DNA of 57,624 nucleotides from a virus (lineage: Duplodnaviria > Caudoviricetes): IMG/VR virus record IMGVR_UViG_3300030397_000335, positions 1 to 57,624 of that record; one strand, written 5' to 3'. Under the pieces are notes generated by a model. That model was not told the origin of the DNA. It did not search any database and saw nothing but the letters and a program-made list of their open reading frames with translations. Positions within the stretch are counted from its first letter, which is position 1. Each line of letters opens with the position of its first letter. The position numbers and the translations under genes are program-made. Shown in pieces: positions 1 through 8,434 of this stretch.

Positions 1-126
1 CTTGGGGGGCTTTGATGAGGATGCGATTTTTGAAGCACTTTGGTTTACCAATCAAACCAGATGTGAAATACCAGGCCCCGAAGAAAATATAAGGGATCTT
101 GCCAAGTCTATTTGTAGACAGTACCC
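1..126. repeat. Terminal direct repeat, left copy (assembly overlap of a circular genome)
   Basis: 1-126 equals 57499-57624 except position 4 (G vs T at 57502); the primase ORF reads through the join in frame. Confidence 0.95.
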
Positions 127-1372
127 ACAAGGAAACGAATCTATGCACACCTTCATAGCTAATGTTATGAAAGGTGGCATCATTGAGGAGATTGAAACAG
201 AGGATACTGAACCAGAAGATGAAGCTGATGAAATCGAATTATTGCTTCAAAAGGGATTTACTGCTACTGAACTTCTAGGAATGGAGCTGCCTGACATCAA
301 GTGGGTAGTCCCTGGAGTACTACCAGAAGGTGCAACTCTACTAGTTGGCAAGCCAAAAACTGGCAAGAGTTTCTTTGCTTTGAATCTTGCAGTGTCTGTC
401 TCATCAGGTGGCTATGCGCTTGGTAACATCAAGGTTAACAAAGGAAGGGTTTTATACTTAGTTCTAGAGGGATCAAAGAAGGGATTAAAGAAGCGCCTTG
501 AGGCATTAATGGCTGGCGCAACAGAAAACAAAGATCTTCACTTCTACCCTGAATGGCCTAAAGTCGATAATGGCGGCTTAGACCAGCTACGGCTTTGGTT
601 GGGTTTCTTCAAGGATACAGAGCTTGTAATAATTGATACGCTCAAGATGATTCGCGGCAGGGACACAAATCGTAATGTTTACGAGCGCGACTATGACAGT
701 GTTAACCCGTATGCTCATTTAGCAGAAGAATTTGACACTTCTATTCTGATTATACACCATACCAACAAGATGCCGGAAGCTGACGACCCTTTCGATATGG
801 CATCGGGGTCTACTGGCTTAATGGGGGCAGTAGATCAGGGCATGGTCTTGAGGAGATCTAATAAGCATGAGGGTGTAGACCTATATGTTAGGGGCCGCGA
901 CATAGAAGATGTCGAGATGGCCATGACTTTCGATCAGCAACTTCTTACATGGATTAACCAAGGGGATTCGGCAGAGTTCGGGATGAACAACACGAAAGCA
1001 GAGATACTTTCCTGTCTACAATCGCTTGATATCAACGAGTCAATAGGCCCCAAGGAAGTGTCTGAAAGAACAGGGATTAAGTACGATCTGGTCAAGCAGA
1101 CTTTGGGACGCATGTTGGGTGATGGGACAGTGACAAAGAGGCAAAGGGGCATGTATATGCTAAACCCTGTCACTTCTGTCACTTCTGTCACTTCGTCTAG
1201 TTTTGCAGACAATAAAAAGGTGACAGCACCTCATAAAGATACAGAGCTGTCACCTTTGCTGTCACTTTCAGAATCGCCAAATAAAGCCCAGAATGGGCAC
1301 ATTTCGCCCCAAAGTGACAAAGGTGACAGAAGTGACAACCTTTTCAATCCTACAGACGAGGCCCCCTTTTGA
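2..1372 (+). CDS. Primase-helicase, C-terminal part (primase C-terminal region, AAA_25/RepA-like helicase, C-terminal winged helix); continues from 56864
   Basis: Walker A GKPKTGKS, Walker B LVIIDT, IIHHTNK and ASGS motifs; in frame with the Prim-Pol ORF at 56864, giving about 668 aa in total. Confidence 0.9.
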   Translation: MGGFDEDAIFEALWFTNQTRCEIPGPEENIRDLAKSICRQYPQGNESMHTFIANVMKGGIIEEIETEDTEPEDEADEIELLLQKGFTATELLGMELPDIKWVVPGVLPEGATLLVGKPKTGKSFFALNLAVSVSSGGYALGNIKVNKGRVLYLVLEGSKKGLKKRLEALMAGATENKDLHFYPEWPKVDNGGLDQLRLWLGFFKDTELVIIDTLKMIRGRDTNRNVYERDYDSVNPYAHLAEEFDTSILIIHHTNKMPEADDPFDMASGSTGLMGAVDQGMVLRRSNKHEGVDLYVRGRDIEDVEMAMTFDQQLLTWINQGDSAEFGMNNTKAEILSCLQSLDINESIGPKEVSERTGIKYDLVKQTLGRMLGDGTVTKRQRGMYMLNPVTSVTSVTSSSFADNKKVTAPHKDTELSPLLSLSESPNKAQNGHISPQSDKGDRSDNLFNPTDEAPF

Positions 1373-1404
1373 AAAGGTGACAATGAAAGTGACAAAAGGT
1401 GACA
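1130..1404. promoter_or_regulatory. Putative replication origin with iterons
   Basis: 13 copies of GTGACA/TGTCAC at 1130, 1168, 1177, 1186, 1220, 1248, 1260, 1314, 1323, 1332, 1377, 1389, 1399, in both orientations with 9-12 bp spacing inside clusters, at the 3' end of the primase-helicase gene. Confidence 0.8.
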
Positions 1405-1412
1405 GCTACTAA

Positions 1413-1823
1413 ATGAAACAGCTTTTTACCATACCAAAAGACCTCTGGGGGCCTCGTCCCTGGCACGTAGCGCGAATGGAGCTTCAAGGCTTCGTCAAGC
1501 AGAACCGTGGTGCCCTAGATGAGCATGAGGTGGAGTTTGCGCGCTGGCTCTACGGACACTTCGAGATGGCGGAGCATCACACGCCGCCGTGGTCGGCTAA
1601 TAGTCCGGCCTACGTCGAATCAGTCTACAACTTCATCAACACTCAGATAACAGACATGGAAAAGCATGAGGCAGCTATAAGAAAGCTCTACAAGGAAGGC
1701 ACTACTGAACCTGAAGAGATAAAAGAATCACTTGTAGCTGATGGCCTGCGGAAGTTAACCGCTGCTTACATCCGGTCTGTAATTAGAATTATCAACAACG
1801 AGCAGCGCAAAGCTGCTGCATAA
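1413..1823 (+). CDS. Hypothetical protein
   Basis: 136 aa ORF in operon context; ends KAAA. Confidence 0.75.
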   Translation: MKQLFTIPKDLWGPRPWHVARMELQGFVKQNRGALDEHEVEFARWLYGHFEMAEHHTPPWSANSPAYVESVYNFINTQITDMEKHEAAIRKLYKEGTTEPEEIKESLVADGLRKLTAAYIRSVIRIINNEQRKAAA

Positions 1824-1841
1824 ACATACGAGGCTTTTATA

Positions 1842-2264
1842 ATGGCACGTGGAATAAACAAAGTAATCTTAGTAGGCAACCTGGGACAAGACCCTGAACT
1901 ACGCTACACAGGGAGCGGAACCGCCGTGTGCAACATGAGGCTTGCCACTAATGAATCCTACAAAGACGCTAGTGGCGAGATGGTGGACAAGACGGAGTGG
2001 CACAGCATCGTGGCCTGGAGCCGACTTGCAGAGATCTGCGGGGAGTACCTGAAGAAAGGCTCTCAAGTCTACTTCGAAGGATCATTGCAAACGCGGTCTT
2101 ATGACGACAAGGACGGAAATACCAAGTGGGTGACTGAGATCAAGGCGCGGGAGATGATGATGCTTTCAGGGCGTGAAGGAGGCGGGATGCATGCCACTAA
2201 GGAGCAACCAGCGAAGGCAGCACCATCGGGTAACTTTACTCCAGACGACGATCTCCCCTTCTAG
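1842..2264 (+). CDS. ssb: Single-stranded DNA-binding protein
   Basis: [29 protein letters not shown] motifs and acidic tip DDDLPF. Confidence 0.97.
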   Translation: MARGINKVILVGNLGQDPELRYTGSGTAVCNMRLATNESYKDASGEMVDKTEWHSIVAWSRLAEICGEYLKKGSQVYFEGSLQTRSYDDKDGNTKWVTEIKAREMMMLSGREGGGMHATKEQPAKAAPSGNFTPDDDLPF

Positions 2265-2266
2265 TC

Positions 2267-2617
2267 ATGAGCACAGCACGCAAACTAATACTAAACCCTG
2301 TAGGCTATCCTAAGCACTTCGCCATGACCGTTGACCGTACTTGGCGTGTCAGGCGAGGTGCTGCGCCTAAAGATGGCAAGAGGCTTCACAAGATCGAGAG
2401 GTGGAATAAAGATTCAGAGCGAGAATTGTGTGTTGTCTACAAGGGTAACTTCCTCGGCTTACTGGAGAAGCTAGAAGATCTGATGGGACAGAAAGTGAAC
2501 CTCTACAAAGAATACAATGGACACATGGTTCGCATCTGCGGGGAGTACAACATCCCCCCAGACGACACCCGCACCTACGACGAATACCTGAAAGATTTAA
2601 CCGGGAAAGCAGCATGA
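2267..2617 (+). CDS. Hypothetical protein
   Basis: 116 aa; ATGA overlap with the next gene. Confidence 0.75.
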   Translation: MSTARKLILNPVGYPKHFAMTVDRTWRVRRGAAPKDGKRLHKIERWNKDSERELCVVYKGNFLGLLEKLEDLMGQKVNLYKEYNGHMVRICGEYNIPPDDTRTYDEYLKDLTGKAA

Positions 2618-2958
2618 AAGATTTACTTGAACGATGGGCAGAGACTGAACCAAATCGGTGTGAAATACACACGGATGGCCTCTACTATTCGCTTAACACA
2701 TTCCCTAACGTGCTTGTGATAGAAACAAGGCGCTGGCACTTACCGATTATCCAAGGCGCTGTCCAGGAGGCAATCGAGGCGCGGGATGGACTCCGGTGGC
2801 ATATCGGATTAGGTGGTGAAACTATTAATTGGTGGTATGCGCAGATTGACAAAGATGGTAAGGTGATAGGGTCATGGGAAGCTGAAAGTAGCAACTCCCC
2901 AGCCGAGGCCCTGCTAACCGCATATCTAAGCGCACTAGAAGCACAGGTGCCAGCATGA
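2614..2958 (+). CDS. Hypothetical protein, phage ABA-sandwich-like (paralog 1 of 3)
   Basis: C-terminal SPAEALLTAYLSALE; similar to 5751 and 6158 proteins. Confidence 0.7.
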   Translation: MKDLLERWAETEPNRCEIHTDGLYYSLNTFPNVLVIETRRWHLPIIQGAVQEAIEARDGLRWHIGLGGETINWWYAQIDKDGKVIGSWEAESSNSPAEALLTAYLSALEAQVPA

Positions 2959-3119
2959 ACAAGCTAACCAAAACGCACTACCCGGAAAGCAGGGGCAAGC
3001 GCATCGGCATGTACTTGCTAATGCTGGCTGTCTTCGCCCTTACGGCGTTCATGTGCTACATCGGCTACAAGTACGCCATAGCGCTGAAATCTGAGTACGG
3101 GACGGAGGTAGCGAGATGA
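2955..3119 (+). CDS. Small membrane protein (54 aa, below ORF-track cutoff)
   Basis: MNKLTK...IGMYLLMLAVFALTAFMCYIGY...EVAR; ATGA overlaps on both sides. Confidence 0.7.
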   Translation: MNKLTKTHYPESRGKRIGMYLLMLAVFALTAFMCYIGYKYAIALKSEYGTEVAR

Positions 3120-3445
3120 CTGACGCAGACCGCACAGCGCTCCAGGCATTCGTAGCTGGCGAGCTAAAGCCGCACGATCTACCGCAGCACATGCAGGAGA
3201 CCTTAGCCAATCCGACCGAGTACAGGGCGAACCCTGCCCACTGCTTCAAGGGGTGCAGGCATGTTGACGGGACGTTCACTCCCTACCCCAGCATCGACGC
3301 TATGCAGGCGGACTACCAGTACAGCAAGAACATCACCGGGACGGTTGACCAGTTCCGCTTCTGGGTGTGGGTGCCCGTCACGCTGGCGATGCATGGGCTG
3401 TGGCCTGTTGCTAGTGGACAAATGGAATTGAGGTTGGCGGCATGA
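3116..3445 (+). CDS. Hypothetical protein
   Basis: 109 aa; SD GGAGG; ATGA overlaps. Confidence 0.75.
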   Translation: MTDADRTALQAFVAGELKPHDLPQHMQETLANPTEYRANPAHCFKGCRHVDGTFTPYPSIDAMQADYQYSKNITGTVDQFRFWVWVPVTLAMHGLWPVASGQMELRLAA

Positions 3446-3837
3446 GAGAAAAGCATGTAAAACTATTCCCTGTTCGTGGTCAATTTGATGGTTGGCACAA
3501 CTTCAGCGTTGGGCCGCGTCCCGTCAGAGCTAAATCTGCCCTACCTTTCTTTGCAACTCGCAGAATGAGCAGGTTTCATAGGGTCAGATCACTGACCACG
3601 TTTTACCACTGGGATAAATACGATTCATTCAAAAATCCCTATGTACACCATGTCTCTGTACATGCTTGGTGCGGTCAGGCTACAAGCTTAGATAAAGGGG
3701 CGATGCTCCGAGAAGAACCACTGGATTCGTGGCCTGTGTGTGCAATGTGCGAGGCTAAAGCTATGGGTGCTGGACAGGTAGACTCAAAGACACTCACAGG
3801 AAGAACTTTAATCTTCACACCACGGAAAGCAGCATGA
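3442..3837 (+). CDS. Hypothetical protein, possible Zn-binding
   Basis: H...WCG...CxxC pattern; ATGA overlaps. Confidence 0.7.
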   Translation: MREKHVKLFPVRGQFDGWHNFSVGPRPVRAKSALPFFATRRMSRFHRVRSLTTFYHWDKYDSFKNPYVHHVSVHAWCGQATSLDKGAMLREEPLDSWPVCAMCEAKAMGAGQVDSKTLTGRTLIFTPRKAA

Positions 3838-4034
3838 AATACAACGCTCACAAGCTGAAGGCAGACCTGGCAGAGCGCTGCCGCGTGGTCATGTACGCAG
3901 ACCATGTGCGGATGGCTGAACTGCACGCCTACTACCTGTCCCTGCTGCCTAAGCGCATGAAATCCACCGTGCTTGTGGAATCACGGATTAACAACGACCT
4001 GCGGAAAATTAGACCGATGAGGAATGCGGCATGA
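3834..4034 (+). CDS. Hypothetical protein
   Basis: 66 aa; ATGA overlaps. Confidence 0.7.
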   Translation: MKYNAHKLKADLAERCRVVMYADHVRMAELHAYYLSLLPKRMKSTVLVESRINNDLRKIRPMRNAA

Positions 4035-4414
4035 ACAACCCGAACGACGACTTTTTGAAATCACTGGACGACATTCCGCCACTTGCACCCCCAATCCAGA
4101 AAGGCCCTTGGCCTCCTTATAGTCCAAGCAATGGTAGTGAAGGATGCATTTTTGAGGCAAAGTTCTGTGATAGATGTGCGCATGAAGACATTGAGACCGA
4201 GCGCTGGTGCGACATTCATACGAATGCACTTTTCTACTACACCAACCAGGAAGGCTTTCCGGCTGAGTACTGGGTGTACTTCAACGGCGAACCAACATGC
4301 CTTGCATTCAAAGACAGGGACGATGGGCTAAATGGCCGTGCGCCTATCCCCTTCGATGACCCAGCACAACTCGATATGTTTTTGGAATTACCAGTTGTTG
4401 AGGTAGCGCAATGA
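4031..4414 (+). CDS. Cys-rich hypothetical protein with a clamp-binding-like motif
   Basis: PSNGSEG, CDRC, C..C pattern; QLDMF near the C-terminus. Confidence 0.75.
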   Translation: MNNPNDDFLKSLDDIPPLAPPIQKGPWPPYSPSNGSEGCIFEAKFCDRCAHEDIETERWCDIHTNALFYYTNQEGFPAEYWVYFNGEPTCLAFKDRDDGLNGRAPIPFDDPAQLDMFLELPVVEVAQ

Positions 4415-4773
4415 GCCAGTTAGAATTACTTCCAATCAAAAGCACCATGAAGCTCAGGACGGGCAAAAGCATAACTCTTGCCCGCGCCAAAGAAGAGTAC
4501 AGACAGCTAAACAGAAAGTGGGAGAAGCATAAGAAAGAAAAACCACTGTCATCGCTTGAGCCTAAAGATCAAGCAACAAGACTAATCCTTGATGGAGAAT
4601 TATCAAGAGGAGAAGCCATTGATTTTCTAGTAAAGCGAGGTTGGTCTGAAAATGATGCGCTTTCATGGGCCCTACAGACTTTCACAGGTACCTATTCCAA
4701 CGATTCATCAGCAACAATCATCAAAGCGCGCACCCTTCCTGTGGGGCGCTCAGCACGGAGGAAAGCAGCATGA
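4411..4773 (+). CDS. Hypothetical protein
   Basis: 120 aa; ATGA overlaps. Confidence 0.7.
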   Translation: MSQLELLPIKSTMKLRTGKSITLARAKEEYRQLNRKWEKHKKEKPLSSLEPKDQATRLILDGELSRGEAIDFLVKRGWSENDALSWALQTFTGTYSNDSSATIIKARTLPVGRSARRKAA

Positions 4774-4919
4774 AACTGAATTTTGGAGAAGCAATGACAT
4801 TGATGCTTGTTGGCCTCAATGTAACAGGACTGGCAGACGTGAACTGGTTTCTAGTCTTTCTGCCATATGCATCCTATATCGGACTTTTTGCAATTGGTGT
4901 CTTAGCAAAAGAATCATGA
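4770..4919 (+). CDS. Small membrane protein (49 aa)
   Basis: Start at ATG 4770 (ATGA overlap); hydrophobic, with NWFLVFLP motif. Confidence 0.65.
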   Translation: MKLNFGEAMTLMLVGLNVTGLADVNWFLVFLPYASYIGLFAIGVLAKES

Positions 4920-5173
4920 GAAGACTAACAACCAAACAAGAGCGGGTGCTTAACTACCTGCGGCGATACATAGCCGCCCACGGCAGCTTCCCAACATACA
5001 GGCAGGCAGCGGAAGACCTAACGCTTAAGTCTCCCAACACCTACACGCAATACCTCCAAGCACTAACCCAAAAGGGCTACGTGATGGGTAAAGGCAGAGA
5101 TAGGATATTGATCGCCGATAGGTGTTGCCCCCACTGCAATGCGCGCATGAGTGTGCAGAGGATGGCGGCATGA
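4916..5173 (+). CDS. LexA-type DNA-binding domain protein with C-terminal CPHC knuckle and no peptidase domain
   Basis: LTTKQERVLNYLRRYIAAHGSFPTYRQAA...KSPNT..YLQAL.QKGY matches the LexA N-terminal wHTH; real start ATG 4916. Confidence 0.8.
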   Translation: MRRLTTKQERVLNYLRRYIAAHGSFPTYRQAAEDLTLKSPNTYTQYLQALTQKGYVMGKGRDRILIADRCCPHCNARMSVQRMAA

Positions 5174-5754
5174 AGAAAACGTGGGATGATATCGTACTGG
5201 AACGTGGGGATGTGAGCTACACAGAACCGTCCAAATTGCGGAAAGTCGATTTTCCCGCAGGCGTACGATCTGACGCTGATAGGCCGAGGAATACGACACA
5301 GCACCTCTGCGTCGATTCTACCCCCCTTAGCGTGCGCCTGGTGGAAGATCTGGATACATCCGAACCCCAACCAAAGTCGCAACTTTTCAAAGTACCTGAT
5401 ATCGGCCCCAGCCTCAACGAGTACGACCGTGCCCACTACACCCGCAGAAAAGGGTGGGTTGATAGGTGGCACAGGCTGGTATCGGTAGAGGCAAAAAGGC
5501 AGGGCTTAACACCCGTTGTTCAGTACCCAGTACAGGTAGTTGTCGAGTGTTACTTTGGCGATGGTAGAAAGCGGTTTGACTGGGATAACCTATCCCCTAC
5601 TCCTAAGCTGATTCAGGACGGGCTAGTACATGCTGGCATTCTTGAGAATGACTCGGCAAAGTATGTGGAGAGTGGGACAATGAAAGCCCTGAAAACAAAG
5701 GGAGAATCTTACACACTTTTTATGATAATTGAACCAGTGAGGCAAGCGGCATGA
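5170..5754 (+). CDS. RusA-like Holliday junction resolvase
   Basis: PSLN, DWDN...K...DGL..AGILEND acidic catalytic pattern of the RusA family; start ATG 5170. Confidence 0.75.
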   Translation: MKKTWDDIVLERGDVSYTEPSKLRKVDFPAGVRSDADRPRNTTQHLCVDSTPLSVRLVEDLDTSEPQPKSQLFKVPDIGPSLNEYDRAHYTRRKGWVDRWHRLVSVEAKRQGLTPVVQYPVQVVVECYFGDGRKRFDWDNLSPTPKLIQDGLVHAGILENDSAKYVESGTMKALKTKGESYTLFMIIEPVRQAA

Positions 5755-6161
5755 AGGACTTTAAAACTCTAATCGAAAAATGGAGCGCAATAGAGCCACA
5801 GCGGTGTCGCTTCCTTGGCACGGTCGGCATGTGGGTTGGAGATATTAAGAAGGTGGAAGATGGGAATCACTCGCTCTTTGAGTTCATTAAGTTTGGAACG
5901 TTTGAGAATGGCTTTAATGAGTATAGTGTTCAAGGCATTTTACAGAAGGCTATCATAGCACACGGATGGTACTACAACCTAACCATTGCACGTGAAGCCA
6001 AAGACAAACCGCTCACTTATGTCTGCCAGGTCTACACATGTAGCTGGGACGGACTCCACAGTGGGCAAACAACCCAAGGCCCTGCCCATGCTATGATGGA
6101 GGCTTATGTGAAAGCGCTGGAGGCTGTTAAGAAGCTAGAAGCTGAGGAGGTGGTGGTATGA
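5751..6161 (+). CDS. Hypothetical protein, ABA-sandwich-like (paralog 2 of 3)
   Basis: EKWSAIEPQRC...QG.LQ.AI...GPAHAMMEAYVKALE. Confidence 0.7.
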   Translation: MKDFKTLIEKWSAIEPQRCRFLGTVGMWVGDIKKVEDGNHSLFEFIKFGTFENGFNEYSVQGILQKAIIAHGWYYNLTIAREAKDKPLTYVCQVYTCSWDGLHSGQTTQGPAHAMMEAYVKALEAVKKLEAEEVVV

Positions 6162-6523
6162 ACCTAACAGAAGCAATGGAGCGGATAGTGGCGGTTGACG
6201 GGGAGTGGATGAAGTATAATGAGGAAGACGACTTTTACTACGTGGCTACATACCCAATTAAATTTGGATCAGACTCCCCTATGTCTATGCATGTACTCTT
6301 CGGCGCACTCTGTGAGCGGATAGAGACCAAGAAAAACTGGACTTACAAGGGTGGGTCTCGAATAGGTAGAGATGGCTACTGGTTTCAAATATTCTCCTTT
6401 GGATTGGCAAAGCTTCCCGTTCAATGCACATCGGACGAATCCTTGTGTCACGCCGCCGCCCTAGCTTACCTGGAGGCTTTAGAATCTGTTGAAAAGACAG
6501 GGGCCAAGGAGGTGACAGCATGA
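6158..6523 (+). CDS. Hypothetical protein, ABA-sandwich-like (paralog 3 of 3)
   Basis: SLCHAAALAYLEALE; SD GAGGAGG. Confidence 0.7.
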   Translation: MNLTEAMERIVAVDGEWMKYNEEDDFYYVATYPIKFGSDSPMSMHVLFGALCERIETKKNWTYKGGSRIGRDGYWFQIFSFGLAKLPVQCTSDESLCHAAALAYLEALESVEKTGAKEVTA

Positions 6524-6654
6524 AACCCATCTGGCAAATCCTCAGCGCCCTAGTCATCACTGTGGTACTGTTATTGATCGGCGGTGCTATCGACAGCCAC
6601 TACCAGGCGGTGCAGCGGATCGCTGCTCAGTGTGAAACTACTCCCCTGCCCTAG
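6520..6654 (+). CDS. Small membrane protein (44 aa)
   Basis: MKPIWQILSALVITVVLLLIGG; SD GGAGG and ATGA overlap. Confidence 0.6.
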   Translation: MKPIWQILSALVITVVLLLIGGAIDSHYQAVQRIAAQCETTPLP

Positions 6655-6671
6655 CAAAACGAGAAAAGACA

Positions 6672-6959
6672 ATGGATAATAACTTCATATCATTTAATCC
6701 TAGAGGCTTCTTGGAAGCCATTGAGTCAACAGTAGCTAATACTTTTGATCGTAAGATTGCGGACGTTAAAGCGCTAAAGCAAAAGACGTATTCCGACAAG
6801 ACGTGGCTAACTGAAGAAGAGACGGCTGAGTACTTGGGGCTAAAAAAGGGAACCCTACAGGAAAAGCGCCGAGAAGGACTTATTGAGGCCAAAAAGAAAG
6901 AGAAAAATTACTACTACCACATCGACGCCATACACGCATACATAGAATCAGATGATTAA
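6672..6959 (+). CDS. Excisionase-like HTH_17 protein
   Basis: WLTEEETAEYLGLKKGTLQEKRREG; convergent with the integrase. Confidence 0.8.
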   Translation: MDNNFISFNPRGFLEAIESTVANTFDRKIADVKALKQKTYSDKTWLTEEETAEYLGLKKGTLQEKRREGLIEAKKKEKNYYYHIDAIHAYIESDD

Positions 6960-8173
6960 TCCCAGAGCTTTTTTACCTTGTCGTCCAAGTAGTCGGCAAA
7001 GTCAAAGCCTCTTAGGTATGTCTCAGTCTGCTTAATAGACGAATGACCAAGCGCCTTAGAAATATCATAGATCGTCCATCCCTCGGAAATCAGTTTTCCG
7101 GTGATACTGTGACGCGCTATATGTGTGCTAACATTCGTGGTTACATCTGCCAGTTCCATAACCTTTTTAAGTTGATCGTTGATAGCTGCGGTTCTGGACT
7201 CAATAGCACTTCTCTTAGACCATTCATTACTTATGTCATACCCCTCAAGTGCAGGGAATATGAAACGTCCTGTTTTATAAAGATCCATTATCTCACGGGC
7301 CGGGCGCATAATGAGAATGCCGTGGTTCTTTTCAGTCTTGTCCATCTCGAATTTGGCGCGTTCATCATCCCCGTCTTTAATGATGTTTTCTGGCTTAAGC
7401 TGCAACACATCAGATATGCGAATGCCAAACATGTAGTAGGCAAACATAAAGTAGTTTCTAGCATCCCAAATAGCCGAACCTTTAGTGAGATCAAGCGCAA
7501 TAATTCTGTCGATCTCCTCTTGCTTGAGATGCTCTTTGATTACATCTTTTGTCTTCAGCTTTACGTGGAAAAACGGGTTCTTGTCCTGCGAGAATTGCCC
7601 TTCTCGGATAGCAGCATAAAGAATGGTTCTGATCTTAGAGAGATTTTTGCTTCGCGTATTGAGATTATTGCCGTACTTCTCCCTAAGATGCACATCGAAT
7701 CGCCTGAGAAACTCGGGAGTGATATCATCGAAGGAAAGACCAGGCATAAACTTCTCAAGCTTGTTAAGAACAACCGTATTGCTCTTATATGTGCTAACCT
7801 GATTTCCTCGTTTGTAATCTTCTACAAACGACCTTGCATAAGTCATAAAGTCCCCGCCAGATCCCTGAGGCTTGATTCTTTCAACTACCCTGTTTCTGAT
7901 TCTGTCGCTAGTAATATCAAGGTTCTGCTTTGCAAGCTCAGTGAATACCTCATTGGCAACCTGAAGCACAGTTTGCAGATAGTCATTAAACGAACCCGAA
8001 CCTTTCATAGATTGGCGCACTGCCCTTTTCTTGTCGTTCCAGTGCCGAGGGGCTATCTTTTTGTCAAGGGGAACGTATCTACGCACGTTTTTGTGAGATA
8101 TCCTAAGCCTAAGTGGTGCCCTTCCCTCTTGGTCTTTTTGATCCTTTCTTATTTCAATTCTAAAGGTTGGCAT
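6956..8173 (-). CDS. int: Tyrosine integrase (arm-binding, SAM-like and catalytic domains)
   Basis: GIRISD (R), KT (K), HIARHS (HxxR), LGHSS, TETY; N-terminal P..LRI...W arm domain. Confidence 0.95.
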   Translation of the reverse strand: MPTFRIEIRKDQKDQEGRAPLRLRISHKNVRRYVPLDKKIAPRHWNDKKRAVRQSMKGSGSFNDYLQTVLQVANEVFTELAKQNLDITSDRIRNRVVERIKPQGSGGDFMTYARSFVEDYKRGNQVSTYKSNTVVLNKLEKFMPGLSFDDITPEFLRRFDVHLREKYGNNLNTRSKNLSKIRTILYAAIREGQFSQDKNPFFHVKLKTKDVIKEHLKQEEIDRIIALDLTKGSAIWDARNYFMFAYYMFGIRISDVLQLKPENIIKDGDDERAKFEMDKTEKNHGILIMRPAREIMDLYKTGRFIFPALEGYDISNEWSKRSAIESRTAAINDQLKKVMELADVTTNVSTHIARHSITGKLISEGWTIYDISKALGHSSIKQTETYLRGFDFADYLDDKVKKLWD

Positions 8174-8190
8174 ACCGAACGCTCAAATAT

Positions 8191-8410
8191 CGGTGCAGTT
8201 TTCGGTGCGTTACTTTCACGGTTCTTAATTGGTTTCGATTCGTTTCAATATAGCGTGGTAGATTTAGAACTGAAATACGCTGTAAACGTATATATTACAA
8301 GCACTTATTATTCCGCCCCTGACCACGACAGACTACCCGTAAGTGCTTATTTTGCTAGCATTTACGGGTTTTTTCATTTCTCCCCGGTGTGGTTTTCGGT
8401 GCGGTTTTTT
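8191..8410. other. attP region: core ATTCCGCCCCTGACCAC (8310-8326) with flanking arm-type repeats
   Basis: Core resembles the T-arm/acceptor 3' end of tRNA-Phe; CGGTG(C/T)(A/G)GTTTTCGGTGCG at 8191-8209 and 8385-8403; inverted repeat AAGCACTTA/TAAGTGCTT at 8299/8340. Confidence 0.75.
8336..8374 (+). terminator. Rho-independent terminator downstream of the att core
   Basis: ACCCGTAAGTGCT-loop-AGCATTTACGGGT followed by a T run; positioned to terminate the reconstituted tRNA. Confidence 0.75.
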
Positions 8411-8434
8411 ACTGCAACTCTACTAAAACGCACT

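Noticed and set aside
7043-8434. 606-aa plus-strand ORF 7043-8863
   Set aside because: The first 464 codons are antisense to the integrase and cross attP with no recognisable motif; only 8435-8863 (HNH-like) looks like a protein.
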